Shown here: positions 30,705 to 38,871 of the stretch, one piece after another | Layout: every line of letters starts with the position of its first letter | How positions within the stretch are numbered: the stretch's first letter is position 1 | NCBI GenBank assembly: GCA_963720755.1 | Contig: CAVRGP010000011.1 | Span: 640,001 to 704,000 of the forward strand | Source: an uncultured Chloroflexia bacterium | GTDB lineage: Bacteria > Chloroflexota > Limnocylindria > Limnocylindrales > CSP1-4 | Length of the DNA stretch: 64,000 bases | Reading direction: 5' to 3' | Made by a program: the position numbers and the translations under genes | Notes under the pieces: model-generated | Told to the model about the DNA's origin: nothing | Database searches by the model: none | What the model saw: the letters and a program-made list of their open reading frames with translations, nothing else

Positions 30705-30954
30705 GTCTTCGCCGATGGCCGACCAGGAGGATCACCGCCCAGCCGAGAACCAGCGCCACGGCCAGCGGTCCGGGGCCGGCCAGGAAGCGATCGAGATCCG
30801 TCTCCGGCGGGAGCCCGAGGGCGGCTCGACACTGCTCCGGCGTGACGTCGAGCGGACCCAGGCACGCTTGGACGTGGCCGCCGTACGCGAACAGGAACCA
30901 GAGCGTGGCTGCCGCGGTCCAGATGCCGAAGGCGACCGCGACGCCGCACGTCAT
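30685..30954 (-). CDS. Small two-TM membrane protein
   Basis: Two hydrophobic helices, a loop with two Cys and an Arg-rich tail; starts 4 nt after the upstream small gene. Confidence 0.55.
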   Translation of the reverse strand: MTCGVAVAFGIWTAAATLWFLFAYGGHVQACLGPLDVTPEQCRAALGLPPETDLDRFLAGPGPLAVALVLGWAVILLVGHRRRRQRGSL

Positions 30955-30958
30955 GCCC

Positions 30959-31201
30959 TCAGTCTTCGTCGGGCCGGAAGATGTGCGGAGCGACGCAGGC
31001 GTTACAGATCGGCGTGGCCGATTCGAGATCGCCGAGCGGGATCGGGACCTTCCGGTCCGGGAACAGGCATTCCACGTCGTACACCCGCTGGGCACCCAGC
31101 TCGACGTTGATCAGGCGGCGGAATGTGCAGCGCTTGATCCGGTGTGGCGCCAGGTGGAAGGCGTCGGGTTGCGGAGGGATCACGGGCAGTGGAAGAGCCA
31201 T
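30959..31201 (-). CDS. Small Cys-containing hypothetical protein (80 aa)
   Basis: MALPLPVI...RCTFRR...VECLF...ICNACVAPHIFRPDED; high-GC3 codon pattern. Confidence 0.7.
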   Translation of the reverse strand: MALPLPVIPPQPDAFHLAPHRIKRCTFRRLINVELGAQRVYDVECLFPDRKVPIPLGDLESATPICNACVAPHIFRPDED

Positions 31202-31352
31202 CGCAGGGGCTGAGGATGCCTCGCTCTGGAGGTCGGCCGGTGGGTCCGGTCGACTCTGGCGGCGCAGCCTAGCACCGCTCGTTCCGATGCGGCAACCAAC
31301 GAAAGGTACTAGACTCCGCGCCGATCCACCCAGGCCGGCAGATGGAGCGAGC

Positions 31353-32210
31353 GTGCACGACGAATCACCGACGACGATGCCGTGGGAGGCCCACGAGCCG
31401 GCCGATGATCGCGCCACCATCTCCTCGACCGCTGACCCGCGTCCCACCACTGGAGCCGACGGTCCCCTGGAGCCGATGCTCTGCCCATTCCTCCGGTCGG
31501 CCTCGGGTAAGGCAGGGTTCGGGACCCCGATCGCCTCGCCCGATCCGGCGAACCGCTGTGTCGCTTTGCGAGAGGCGATCCCGCAATCGCTCCGTCAGCA
31601 GGAGTTGGTCTGCCTGACCAGCGGTCACGTCAACTGCCCGCGCTATCTGCGTGGATCCCCGGTCGTGGCCGAGCCGGAGCTCGAGCCGGTGGCCGGGATC
31701 AGCCTCGGAAGGCCCGCCGTCGTCGCCTCGCTGCTGGTGTTGGCAGCGGCCTTCCTGATCTCGGTGGCGTTCGTGGTGAACAACGGCGGCCTCGTGTTGA
31801 CCGCCTCGGGGCCATCGCCGTCGCCGTCGGCGTCCGAGGGCGGGCTGGGCACCACCACCGGGGGATCGCCGCTTCCGTCCGCGACCCAGCTCCCGACCGC
31901 TTCGCCCGAGGTGACACCGAGCCCGATCGTGACATCAAGCCCCGGTCCGACCCCCAGCCCGACGCCGGCCTCGACCGCCACACCCGAGCCGACCGCGACA
32001 CCCCAGCCGACGTCAGATCGATACGCCCTGCTGACGCGGTGTCCGAACCAGTCGGACTGCTACATCTACGTGGTCAGATCGGGTGACAACCTGTACAGCA
32101 TCGCCCGCTACTTCGGGGTCCCGCTGGCCACCGTCAAGGCGATGAACCCGTGGACCCAGAACGGCCTGAGGGCCGGACGCGACCTGCAGATCCCGACCCC
32201 GACGCGGTGA
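31353..32210 (+). CDS. Membrane-anchored LysM domain protein
   Basis: C-terminal LysM (YVVRSGDNLYSIARYFGV...LQIP), Pro/Thr linker, one TM and a Cys-rich N-terminus; start uncertain. Confidence 0.85.
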   Translation: MHDESPTTMPWEAHEPADDRATISSTADPRPTTGADGPLEPMLCPFLRSASGKAGFGTPIASPDPANRCVALREAIPQSLRQQELVCLTSGHVNCPRYLRGSPVVAEPELEPVAGISLGRPAVVASLLVLAAAFLISVAFVVNNGGLVLTASGPSPSPSASEGGLGTTTGGSPLPSATQLPTASPEVTPSPIVTSSPGPTPSPTPASTATPEPTATPQPTSDRYALLTRCPNQSDCYIYVVRSGDNLYSIARYFGVPLATVKAMNPWTQNGLRAGRDLQIPTPTR

Positions 32211-32394
32211 CGCACCCCCTCGCGGCGCCGGCTCGCTGAGCCCGGCGGGGCGACACCCGCCACCGATACGCCCCGCCCGGTCCTTCGGGTTTGCCTCGGT
32301 TCGCCCCCAGGACGGACGGTCTCTGGCCGCATCGCCAGGACCCCGCGGCCCGGTCTCGCCCCACCTCGGTCCTGTCCTCGCCCACGTTTCCGCC

Positions 32395-32456
32395 TTGACG
32401 TGGCCGGTTCGGTCGCTAGAATGCAGCGAAGTGGCACAAAGTGGTGCGAAGTGGGG
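32395..32456 (+). promoter_or_regulatory. dcw promoter with MraZ-binding direct repeats
   Basis: TTGACG (32395), 16 nt, TAGAAT (32417); three AAGTGG repeats at 32429, 32439 and 32449 with 10-bp period. Confidence 0.85.
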
Positions 32457-32507
32457 AATTCAGCCCCACCGGCCCGGAGCCCATTCAGACAGGGGTAGGC
32501 CCGACTG

Positions 32508-32936
32508 GTGTTCACCGGCGAGTACCGGCACACGGTGGACGACAAGGGACGCATCGCCGTCCCTGTGAAGTTCCGCGCCCAGCTCGACCCCGGTTCGATG
32601 GTTTCGGGCTGGCTGGACGATTGCCTCGCGATCCACACAAAGGCCGGCTGGGAGGCGTTGTCCGAGAAGGTCGCGGCACTGCCGATCACGGACCCTCGAT
32701 CTCGGAGCTTCCAGCGGTTCGTGTTCTCGACGGCGATCGATGCCCAGATGGACAAGCAGGGCCGGATCCTGCTGCCGGCCTACCTGCGCCACTCGGTCGG
32801 GCTCGACAGCGAGGCCGTCCTCGTCGGCTCACGAGATCACGCGGAGATCTGGGCCCCGGATCGGTGGGACACCTACCGGCAGGCCCTGGACGACCCACAG
32901 GAGTTGGCCAGGGCCTTCGAAGGCCTGGGGATCTAG
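32508..32936 (+). CDS. mraZ: Transcriptional regulator MraZ
   Basis: FTGEYRHTVDDKGRI and DKQGRILLP duplicated motifs. Confidence 0.96.
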   Translation: MFTGEYRHTVDDKGRIAVPVKFRAQLDPGSMVSGWLDDCLAIHTKAGWEALSEKVAALPITDPRSRSFQRFVFSTAIDAQMDKQGRILLPAYLRHSVGLDSEAVLVGSRDHAEIWAPDRWDTYRQALDDPQELARAFEGLGI

Positions 32937-32998
32937 CTCCCGACCATATGCGCTTCCAGGGTCCGCTCGGGATCCGATTCGTCCGGGATGGAGGAGTG

Positions 32999-33946
32999 AT
33001 GTACGAAGGGCACCTGCCGGTGCTGGTGGAGGAGGTCCTCGAGATGCTCGCCCCTGCCCCGGGCAGCCTTCACATCGACGCCACTCTGGGCGGCGGTGGG
33101 CACGCCGAGCGGGTCCTGGAGGCCACCAATCCCGACGGTCGCCTCCTCGGCCTCGATGCCGATCCAGCGGCCATCGCCAGGGTCGGCGCCAGGCTCGGCG
33201 GCATCTACGGCGACCGCCTCGTCCCTCTCCGGGCCAATTTTCGCGAGCTCGCGACGGTGGCCCCGGCGGCCGGCTTCGGCGAGGTCGACGGCTGTCTGTT
33301 CGATCTGGGTCTGTCGAGTTTCCAGCTGGCCGACCGTGACCGCGGCTTTGGGTTTCGAACGGGTGGGCCGCTCGACATGCGCTTCGACGCGACGCAGGGC
33401 CTCCCGGCTGCCGAGCTGCTCGCCTCGCTCGATGCCACGGAACTGACCGCGCTGCTCCGTCGGTACGGCGAGGAGCCGAAGGCGCCACGGATCGCCCGGG
33501 CGATCGTGGACGCGCGCAGGACCGCGCCAGTGACGACGGCCGAGGAACTGGCCACGTTGGTCGAGCGGGTCGCGCCGCCCAATCCCCGGATCCGGCGCCG
33601 GACGCACCCGGCGACCCGCACCTTCCAGGCGTTGCGGATCGCCGTCAACGAGGAACTCGAGGCATTGGAGGCGGGCCTGGCCGCGGCGGTCGACCTCCTG
33701 CATCCAGGTGGCCGGCTGGTCGTTCTGAGCTACCACTCGCTCGAGGACCGGATCGTCAAACGATTCTTCCAGGCCGAACGCCGCGGTTGCGTCTGCCCGA
33801 AGGAGGTCCCCGTGTGCGTGTGTGGACGGAACCCACGGCTCCGCCTGGTGTCCGACCCGTCAGTGACGCCGACTGCGGCCGAGATCGCCGCCAATCCACG
33901 AGCTCGGAGCGCCCGACTGCGGGCCGCCGAGCGTGTCGCAGCCTAG
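32999..33946 (+). CDS. rsmH: 16S rRNA m4C1402 methyltransferase
   Basis: HLPVL, DATLGGGGH, DLGLSSFQL, PLDMR, FQALRIAVN and HSLEDR; alternative start 32948. Confidence 0.96.
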   Translation: MYEGHLPVLVEEVLEMLAPAPGSLHIDATLGGGGHAERVLEATNPDGRLLGLDADPAAIARVGARLGGIYGDRLVPLRANFRELATVAPAAGFGEVDGCLFDLGLSSFQLADRDRGFGFRTGGPLDMRFDATQGLPAAELLASLDATELTALLRRYGEEPKAPRIARAIVDARRTAPVTTAEELATLVERVAPPNPRIRRRTHPATRTFQALRIAVNEELEALEAGLAAAVDLLHPGGRLVVLSYHSLEDRIVKRFFQAERRGCVCPKEVPVCVCGRNPRLRLVSDPSVTPTAAEIAANPRARSARLRAAERVAA

Positions 33947-33969
33947 CCCCGTTCGGGAGGAGGGACCGC

Positions 33970-34167
33970 ATGAGCAAGCGTCACCAGGCCAGTCGGCGCA
34001 AGACCTACGGCCGTCGTCAGCACGAGGTGCGGGAGCGACAGGATCGTGACCAGCACAGCGAAGGGTTCGAGTTCGATCTGGTCGATCGTGAACCGGCCAG
34101 TCAAGCCGACCCGCTGGGGTTCCTCGACCCGCGCAGCCCTCGCGTGCGCTTCGTGTTGGGCGACTGA
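33970..34167 (+). CDS. Small hypothetical protein (65 aa) inside dcw
   Basis: Strong GGGAGGAGG RBS; fills the rsmH-ftsL gap; stop 3 nt before the next start. Confidence 0.7.
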   Translation: MSKRHQASRRKTYGRRQHEVRERQDRDQHSEGFEFDLVDREPASQADPLGFLDPRSPRVRFVLGD

Positions 34168-34170
34168 GAC

Positions 34171-34551
34171 GTGGCTGTCTACGAGGGTGCGCGGCCCAGG
34201 ACGATCTCGATCCCGGGGCCTTCGCGGGTCGCCGGCGGGCGGACCCTGGATCGCCGGCGAGCACGGACCGCGGTCCGTGCCGGACGTGGGACCAGCCGGC
34301 TCGGGATCGTCCTCGGGGCGATCGTGGTGGCGTTCATGCTCGCGTTCTTCTCGCTGGCGCAACAGGTCCAGGTATCGGCCACCGGGTTGGACATCGGACG
34401 GCTGGAACTGGAGCGACAGAGCCTCGACGACACGGCCAGCGAGCTGACCTCCGATCTCAACCGACTCGGCCGCGAGCCCGCCATCCGAAAGCAGGCCATC
34501 GACGCCGGCCTCGGGCAACTGTCCGCCCCGATCGTCCTCCCGGCCCGGTAG
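34171..34551 (+). CDS. ftsL: FtsL-like cell division protein
   Basis: Basic cytoplasmic N-terminus, single TM, coiled coil, and A..AGL end; immediately before ftsI. Confidence 0.7.
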   Translation: MAVYEGARPRTISIPGPSRVAGGRTLDRRRARTAVRAGRGTSRLGIVLGAIVVAFMLAFFSLAQQVQVSATGLDIGRLELERQSLDDTASELTSDLNRLGREPAIRKQAIDAGLGQLSAPIVLPAR

Positions 34552-34566
34552 CGGATCGCGCGACTG

Positions 34567-36405
34567 ATGCTGGGCCGAACCGATTCGCGCCGCCGGCTCC
34601 TCGTCCTGATGGCGGTGTTCGTCGTCGGATCGACGGCCCTGATGGCCCGACTCGCGTACTGGCAGGTCATCGACCAGGAAAAGCTGGCGTCAGAGGCGCT
34701 CGGGCAGATCACGATCACGATCTCGACGCCGACGAAGCGTGGTGACATCTTCGATCGGTCGGGGACCGTCGTCCTGGCGACGACCGTCCAGCGCGAACGG
34801 CTGGTCGGCAGCCCCGACAAGCTGACACCCGATGAACGCCGGTCGACGGTCGCGGCGCTGACGACGATCCTCCAACTCGATGACGCCGAGGCGCTCGCCA
34901 TCCGGGACAAGCTGACTGGAAGTGCCAAGTACGTGATCCTGCGGCACGGTCTGGACCAGGCGACCGGCGACCGGATCCAGGCGGCCATCGATGCAAGGAA
35001 GGACGTCTTCGGGTTGTCGCTTGAGCCTGAGCCCGAGCGCGTCTATCCGCAGGGGGGCGGGGGACCGGGTTCCACCCTGGCCGCACAGCTCCTCGGCTTC
35101 GTCAATCGGGACGGGTCCGGTCAGTACGGCGTCGAACAGGAGTATCAGACCACCCTCGCCGGAGAGCCCAGGGAGGTCATCGCCGAGCGGGACTCGAGCG
35201 GGCAGCCGTTGCTCGACGGGGCGACGACCAGTCAGGTCGGCCAGCCGGGAACGGATCTGACCCTGACCATCGACGCGGGTCTTCAGTTGCGGATCGAACA
35301 GGAACTGCTCGCCGCATGGGTCGCCGACAGGGCCAAGAGCGCATCGGCCGTCGTGATGGACCCGTACACGGGCGAGGTCTACGCATCGGCGACGTACCCG
35401 TCCTATGACGCCAACGACTACAAGCAGATCGCGTCGGACGACCCATCGCGGTTCATCGATCCGATCGTGTCGGCCGTCTACGAGCCAGGCTCCGTCTTCA
35501 AGATGATGACCGCGGCCGCGGCACTCACCAAGGGGACCGTGACCACGACGACGCAGATCAAGGACACCGGGACGCTCCGCCTCGATGGCGGCCGGACGAA
35601 GATCGACGATGCCGACCACAAGCCGATGGGCTGGATGACGTTCGAGGACGGGATCGCCTTCTCCCGGAACGTGGTGGCGGCCAAGGTCGCTCTCGGTCTC
35701 GGCCCGACGACCCGCCAGTCCTCCGCCACGCTGTACGACATGTGGACACGTCTCGGGTTCGGCCAGCCGACCGGGATCGACGTCGCTGGTGAGGTCGGCG
35801 GGATCATGCGCGATCCGGCCATCACGCCGTGGCGCGAGATCGACCTGGCCAACGGCGCGTTCGGCCAGGGCGTCGCGGTCACACCGATCCAGCTTGCGAT
35901 GGCCTATGCGTCGCTGACCAACGGTGGGACGTTGGTCCAACCGCATGTCGTCAAGGCGGTGGGCGACAACGATGTCGAAGTCACGCCGCGGGCGCAGGGC
36001 GTCGTGGATCCGAAGACGTCGGCCACCCTGGTCCACATGATGCAGCACGTCATCTCTGCAGTTCCGTTCTACCGGGACCGGACGACGGTGCGTGGCTACG
36101 ACGTCGGCGGCAAGACCGGCACGGCGCAGATCTGGGACCCGACGGCCAGGGGCGGTCGCGGTGCCTGGAAGAAGAATCTGTTCAATTACTCGTTCGTCGG
36201 CTACATCGGTCGCCAGGCGGGTGTCCCCGACCTGATCGTGGCGATCCAGATCGAGGAGGGCAAGCCGACCGTCGCGCGGCTCGGCCACCTGGAGATGCCG
36301 GTCATGTCGTTCGAGTTGTTTCGCCGGATCGCCACCGACAGCATGAGCACGACCGACCTGCTCCCGGATCGATCGATGACTGTGGCTGCGGCCGCCGACC
36401 GGTGA
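34567..36405 (+). CDS. ftsI: Class B penicillin-binding protein (FtsI)
   Basis: RGDIFDR, YEPGSVFK (SxxK), SRN (SxN) and KTGTAQ. Confidence 0.92.
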   Translation: MLGRTDSRRRLLVLMAVFVVGSTALMARLAYWQVIDQEKLASEALGQITITISTPTKRGDIFDRSGTVVLATTVQRERLVGSPDKLTPDERRSTVAALTTILQLDDAEALAIRDKLTGSAKYVILRHGLDQATGDRIQAAIDARKDVFGLSLEPEPERVYPQGGGGPGSTLAAQLLGFVNRDGSGQYGVEQEYQTTLAGEPREVIAERDSSGQPLLDGATTSQVGQPGTDLTLTIDAGLQLRIEQELLAAWVADRAKSASAVVMDPYTGEVYASATYPSYDANDYKQIASDDPSRFIDPIVSAVYEPGSVFKMMTAAAALTKGTVTTTTQIKDTGTLRLDGGRTKIDDADHKPMGWMTFEDGIAFSRNVVAAKVALGLGPTTRQSSATLYDMWTRLGFGQPTGIDVAGEVGGIMRDPAITPWREIDLANGAFGQGVAVTPIQLAMAYASLTNGGTLVQPHVVKAVGDNDVEVTPRAQGVVDPKTSATLVHMMQHVISAVPFYRDRTTVRGYDVGGKTGTAQIWDPTARGGRGAWKKNLFNYSFVGYIGRQAGVPDLIVAIQIEEGKPTVARLGHLEMPVMSFELFRRIATDSMSTTDLLPDRSMTVAAAADR

Positions 36406-36431
36406 CGGCAGGCTATGCGACACTCCCGCCA

Positions 36432-37871
36432 GTGACCGACGTCGATCCGCTCCGTGCGGGTCCTGGGGATGCCCCCGAGGCCGCCCTCACGGCCGAGGAA
36501 CTCGCCCGCCTGTCCGGTGGACGCCTCCTGGTCAGGTCCGACCGACCCATCCGCGGCGCGGCCGCCGACTCCCGACTGGTCATGCCCGACAACCTGTTCG
36601 TCGCCCTGCCCGGCGCCCGGACCGACGGGCATGCGTTCATCGGCGAGGCCGTTGCGAGGGGCGCCGCCGCCGTGCTGGTCACGCGACCACTCGGCGTGGA
36701 TGCCGACCTTGGCGATGTGACGGTCGTTCGCGTGGCCGATCCGGTGGCGGCTCTCGGCGCGGTCGCGGCCGGTTGGCGAGCTCGCTTCTCGCCACTCGTC
36801 GTCGGCGTCACGGGCAGCATCGCCAAGACGTCGACCAAGGAAGCCGCTGCGGCCGCGCTGGCCGGTCGCTTTCGGACCCTTCGCACTGAAGGCAACCAGA
36901 ACAACGAGATCGGCTTGCCACTGACCCTGCTGCGGCTTCGGGCCGAGCATGGGGCGGCGGTCCTTGAGATGGGGATGTATGTCGGTGGTGAGATCGCCGA
37001 TCTGGCGGCCATGGCGCGGCCGTCGATCGGTGTCGTGACAGCGGTCCAGCCGGTCCACCTGTCCAGGATCGGGTCCCTCGAGGCGATCGAGGCGGCCAAG
37101 GGCGAATTGCTGGAAGCGCTGCCCCGGGAGGGGACGGCCGTCCTCAACGCGGACGACCCGATCGTCCGGCGGATGGGGGAGCGGACGGTCGCCCGGGTCG
37201 TCACCTACGGTCTGGCCCCCGGTGCCGACGTCACAGCGGTATCGATCGAGTCGGCCGGACTCGACGGGATGCGCTTCACGGCCCAGGCGAATGGCGCCCG
37301 GTATCCGTTCACGATCCCGACCCTCGGACGGCTGTCCGTCCACAACGCCCTGGCTGCGCTCGCGGTCGGTTTGGCCGCCGGTCTCTCGCTCGAGGAGATG
37401 GCTCCTCCTCTCGCGTCCGGCTGGGCCGCCCCGAACCGGGTCGAGGCTGTGCGTGTGGGTGGGGTCGTCCTGATCGATGACACCTATAACGCATCGCCAC
37501 GGTCCATGGTCGCGGCCCTTGACCTGCTGGCGGGGTTGCCGGGTCGTCGGGTCGCGGTCCTCGGCGAGATGCTGGAGCTCGGAGAGGCCAGCGAAGACGG
37601 CCACCGTGTCGTCGGCGAGGCGGCCGCCCGGGTGGTGGACTGGCTGGTCGTCGTCGGGCCCGGAGCGTCCGGGATCGCGGATGGTGCCGAGGCGGCCGGG
37701 CTGGACAGCGCGAAGATCCTCCGGGTGGATGACCCGGACGTCGCCGTCGAGACGATCGCTGCCCGGCTCCGCGATCGGGATGTCGTGCTCCTCAAGGCGT
37801 CACGCGGTATCGCCCTCGACCGACTCGTTGACGACCTGTACCGCGAACTCGGCGATGGGACCGCTCGATGA
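36432..37871 (+). CDS. murF: UDP-MurNAc-tripeptide--D-Ala-D-Ala ligase
   Basis: DGHAF, TGSIAKTSTK, NNEIGLP, LEMGM, DDTYNASP, GEMLELG and KASRG; alternative start 36402. Confidence 0.95.
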   Translation: MTDVDPLRAGPGDAPEAALTAEELARLSGGRLLVRSDRPIRGAAADSRLVMPDNLFVALPGARTDGHAFIGEAVARGAAAVLVTRPLGVDADLGDVTVVRVADPVAALGAVAAGWRARFSPLVVGVTGSIAKTSTKEAAAAALAGRFRTLRTEGNQNNEIGLPLTLLRLRAEHGAAVLEMGMYVGGEIADLAAMARPSIGVVTAVQPVHLSRIGSLEAIEAAKGELLEALPREGTAVLNADDPIVRRMGERTVARVVTYGLAPGADVTAVSIESAGLDGMRFTAQANGARYPFTIPTLGRLSVHNALAALAVGLAAGLSLEEMAPPLASGWAAPNRVEAVRVGGVVLIDDTYNASPRSMVAALDLLAGLPGRRVAVLGEMLELGEASEDGHRVVGEAAARVVDWLVVVGPGASGIADGAEAAGLDSAKILRVDDPDVAVETIAARLRDRDVVLLKASRGIALDRLVDDLYRELGDGTAR

Positions 37872-38863
37872 CCAACAACCTCGCCCAGGTCGAATTGATC
37901 CAGGGTCTCCTTCTGGCGTTCGCCCTGATGGTCATCCTGATGTCGCCCTACATCCGGTTGCTTCATGCCCTCGGCTTCGGGAAACGGATCCGCCAGGAAG
38001 GGCCGGAAAGCCACTACATCAAGGAAGGCACGCCGACGATGGGCGGGCTGCTCATCGTCGCGGTGGTGATCGGGATCTACTTCTTCCTGCGACCCGGGCC
38101 TGACGCCTCGACGTTCGCGCCGCTGGCCGCCTTGGCCGGGGTCGGCCTGCTGGGGGCGTTCGACGACTACCTGAATGCACGGACCGGCGAGGGGATCCGG
38201 GCGCGCCAGAAGCTCATCTGGCTCACCGTCGTGGCGTTCGTGGCCGCCTGGCAGATCCAGGACACGTACGACATCACGGCCATCGCCGTGCCGTTCGTCG
38301 GTGCGGTCAGCATCGATCCTCGCGTCTACGTGATCTTCGCGGCCTTTGCCATCATCGCCGCCGCGAACGGGGTCAATATCACCGACGGCCTCGACGGCCT
38401 GTCCGGTGGCACGCTTGCCATCGCCTACGTCGCCTACATGCTCATCGCCCTGTTCAACGCTCCGTTCGCCCAACCGAACCTTGCCCTGCTGTGCGCCCTG
38501 ATCATCGGCGCGCTTCTCGGTTTCCTGTGGTTCAACGTCCACCCGGCCCAGATCTTCATCGGGGATTCGGGCGCCCTGTCGCTCGGGGCGACGCTGGCGG
38601 TCACGGCACTCATCACCGGCCAGATCCTGGTCCTCCCGCTGATCGGGATCATCTTCGTCATCGAAACCGCGTCGGTCATCCTCCAGGTCAGCTACTACAA
38701 GATGTCGGGCGGCAAGCGGCTGTTCCGGATGAGTCCGATCCACCACCACTTCGAGCTCGGTGGGTGGCACGAGGAGAAGATCACGATCCGGTTCTGGATC
38801 GTCGGGATCCTGGCGGCGCTGCTCGGCGTGACGTTGTTCCTCGCCTCGTTGGATCGGTTGTAG
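37868..38863 (+). CDS. mraY: Phospho-MurNAc-pentapeptide transferase
   Basis: GTPTMGG, DDY, NITDGLDGL, FIGDSG and PIHHHFEL. Confidence 0.96.
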   Translation: MTNNLAQVELIQGLLLAFALMVILMSPYIRLLHALGFGKRIRQEGPESHYIKEGTPTMGGLLIVAVVIGIYFFLRPGPDASTFAPLAALAGVGLLGAFDDYLNARTGEGIRARQKLIWLTVVAFVAAWQIQDTYDITAIAVPFVGAVSIDPRVYVIFAAFAIIAAANGVNITDGLDGLSGGTLAIAYVAYMLIALFNAPFAQPNLALLCALIIGALLGFLWFNVHPAQIFIGDSGALSLGATLAVTALITGQILVLPLIGIIFVIETASVILQVSYYKMSGGKRLFRMSPIHHHFELGGWHEEKITIRFWIVGILAALLGVTLFLASLDRL

Positions 38864-38871
38864 TGGCGCCG

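Noticed and set aside
31810-32015. Repetitive-looking CCGAC/CCGTC tract
   Set aside because: Explained by the Pro/Thr/Ser linker of the LysM protein; not a CRISPR or DNA repeat.
32429-32454. AAGTGG 10-bp-period repeats as a novel element
   Set aside because: They match the established MraZ-binding direct repeats and are reported as a feature.
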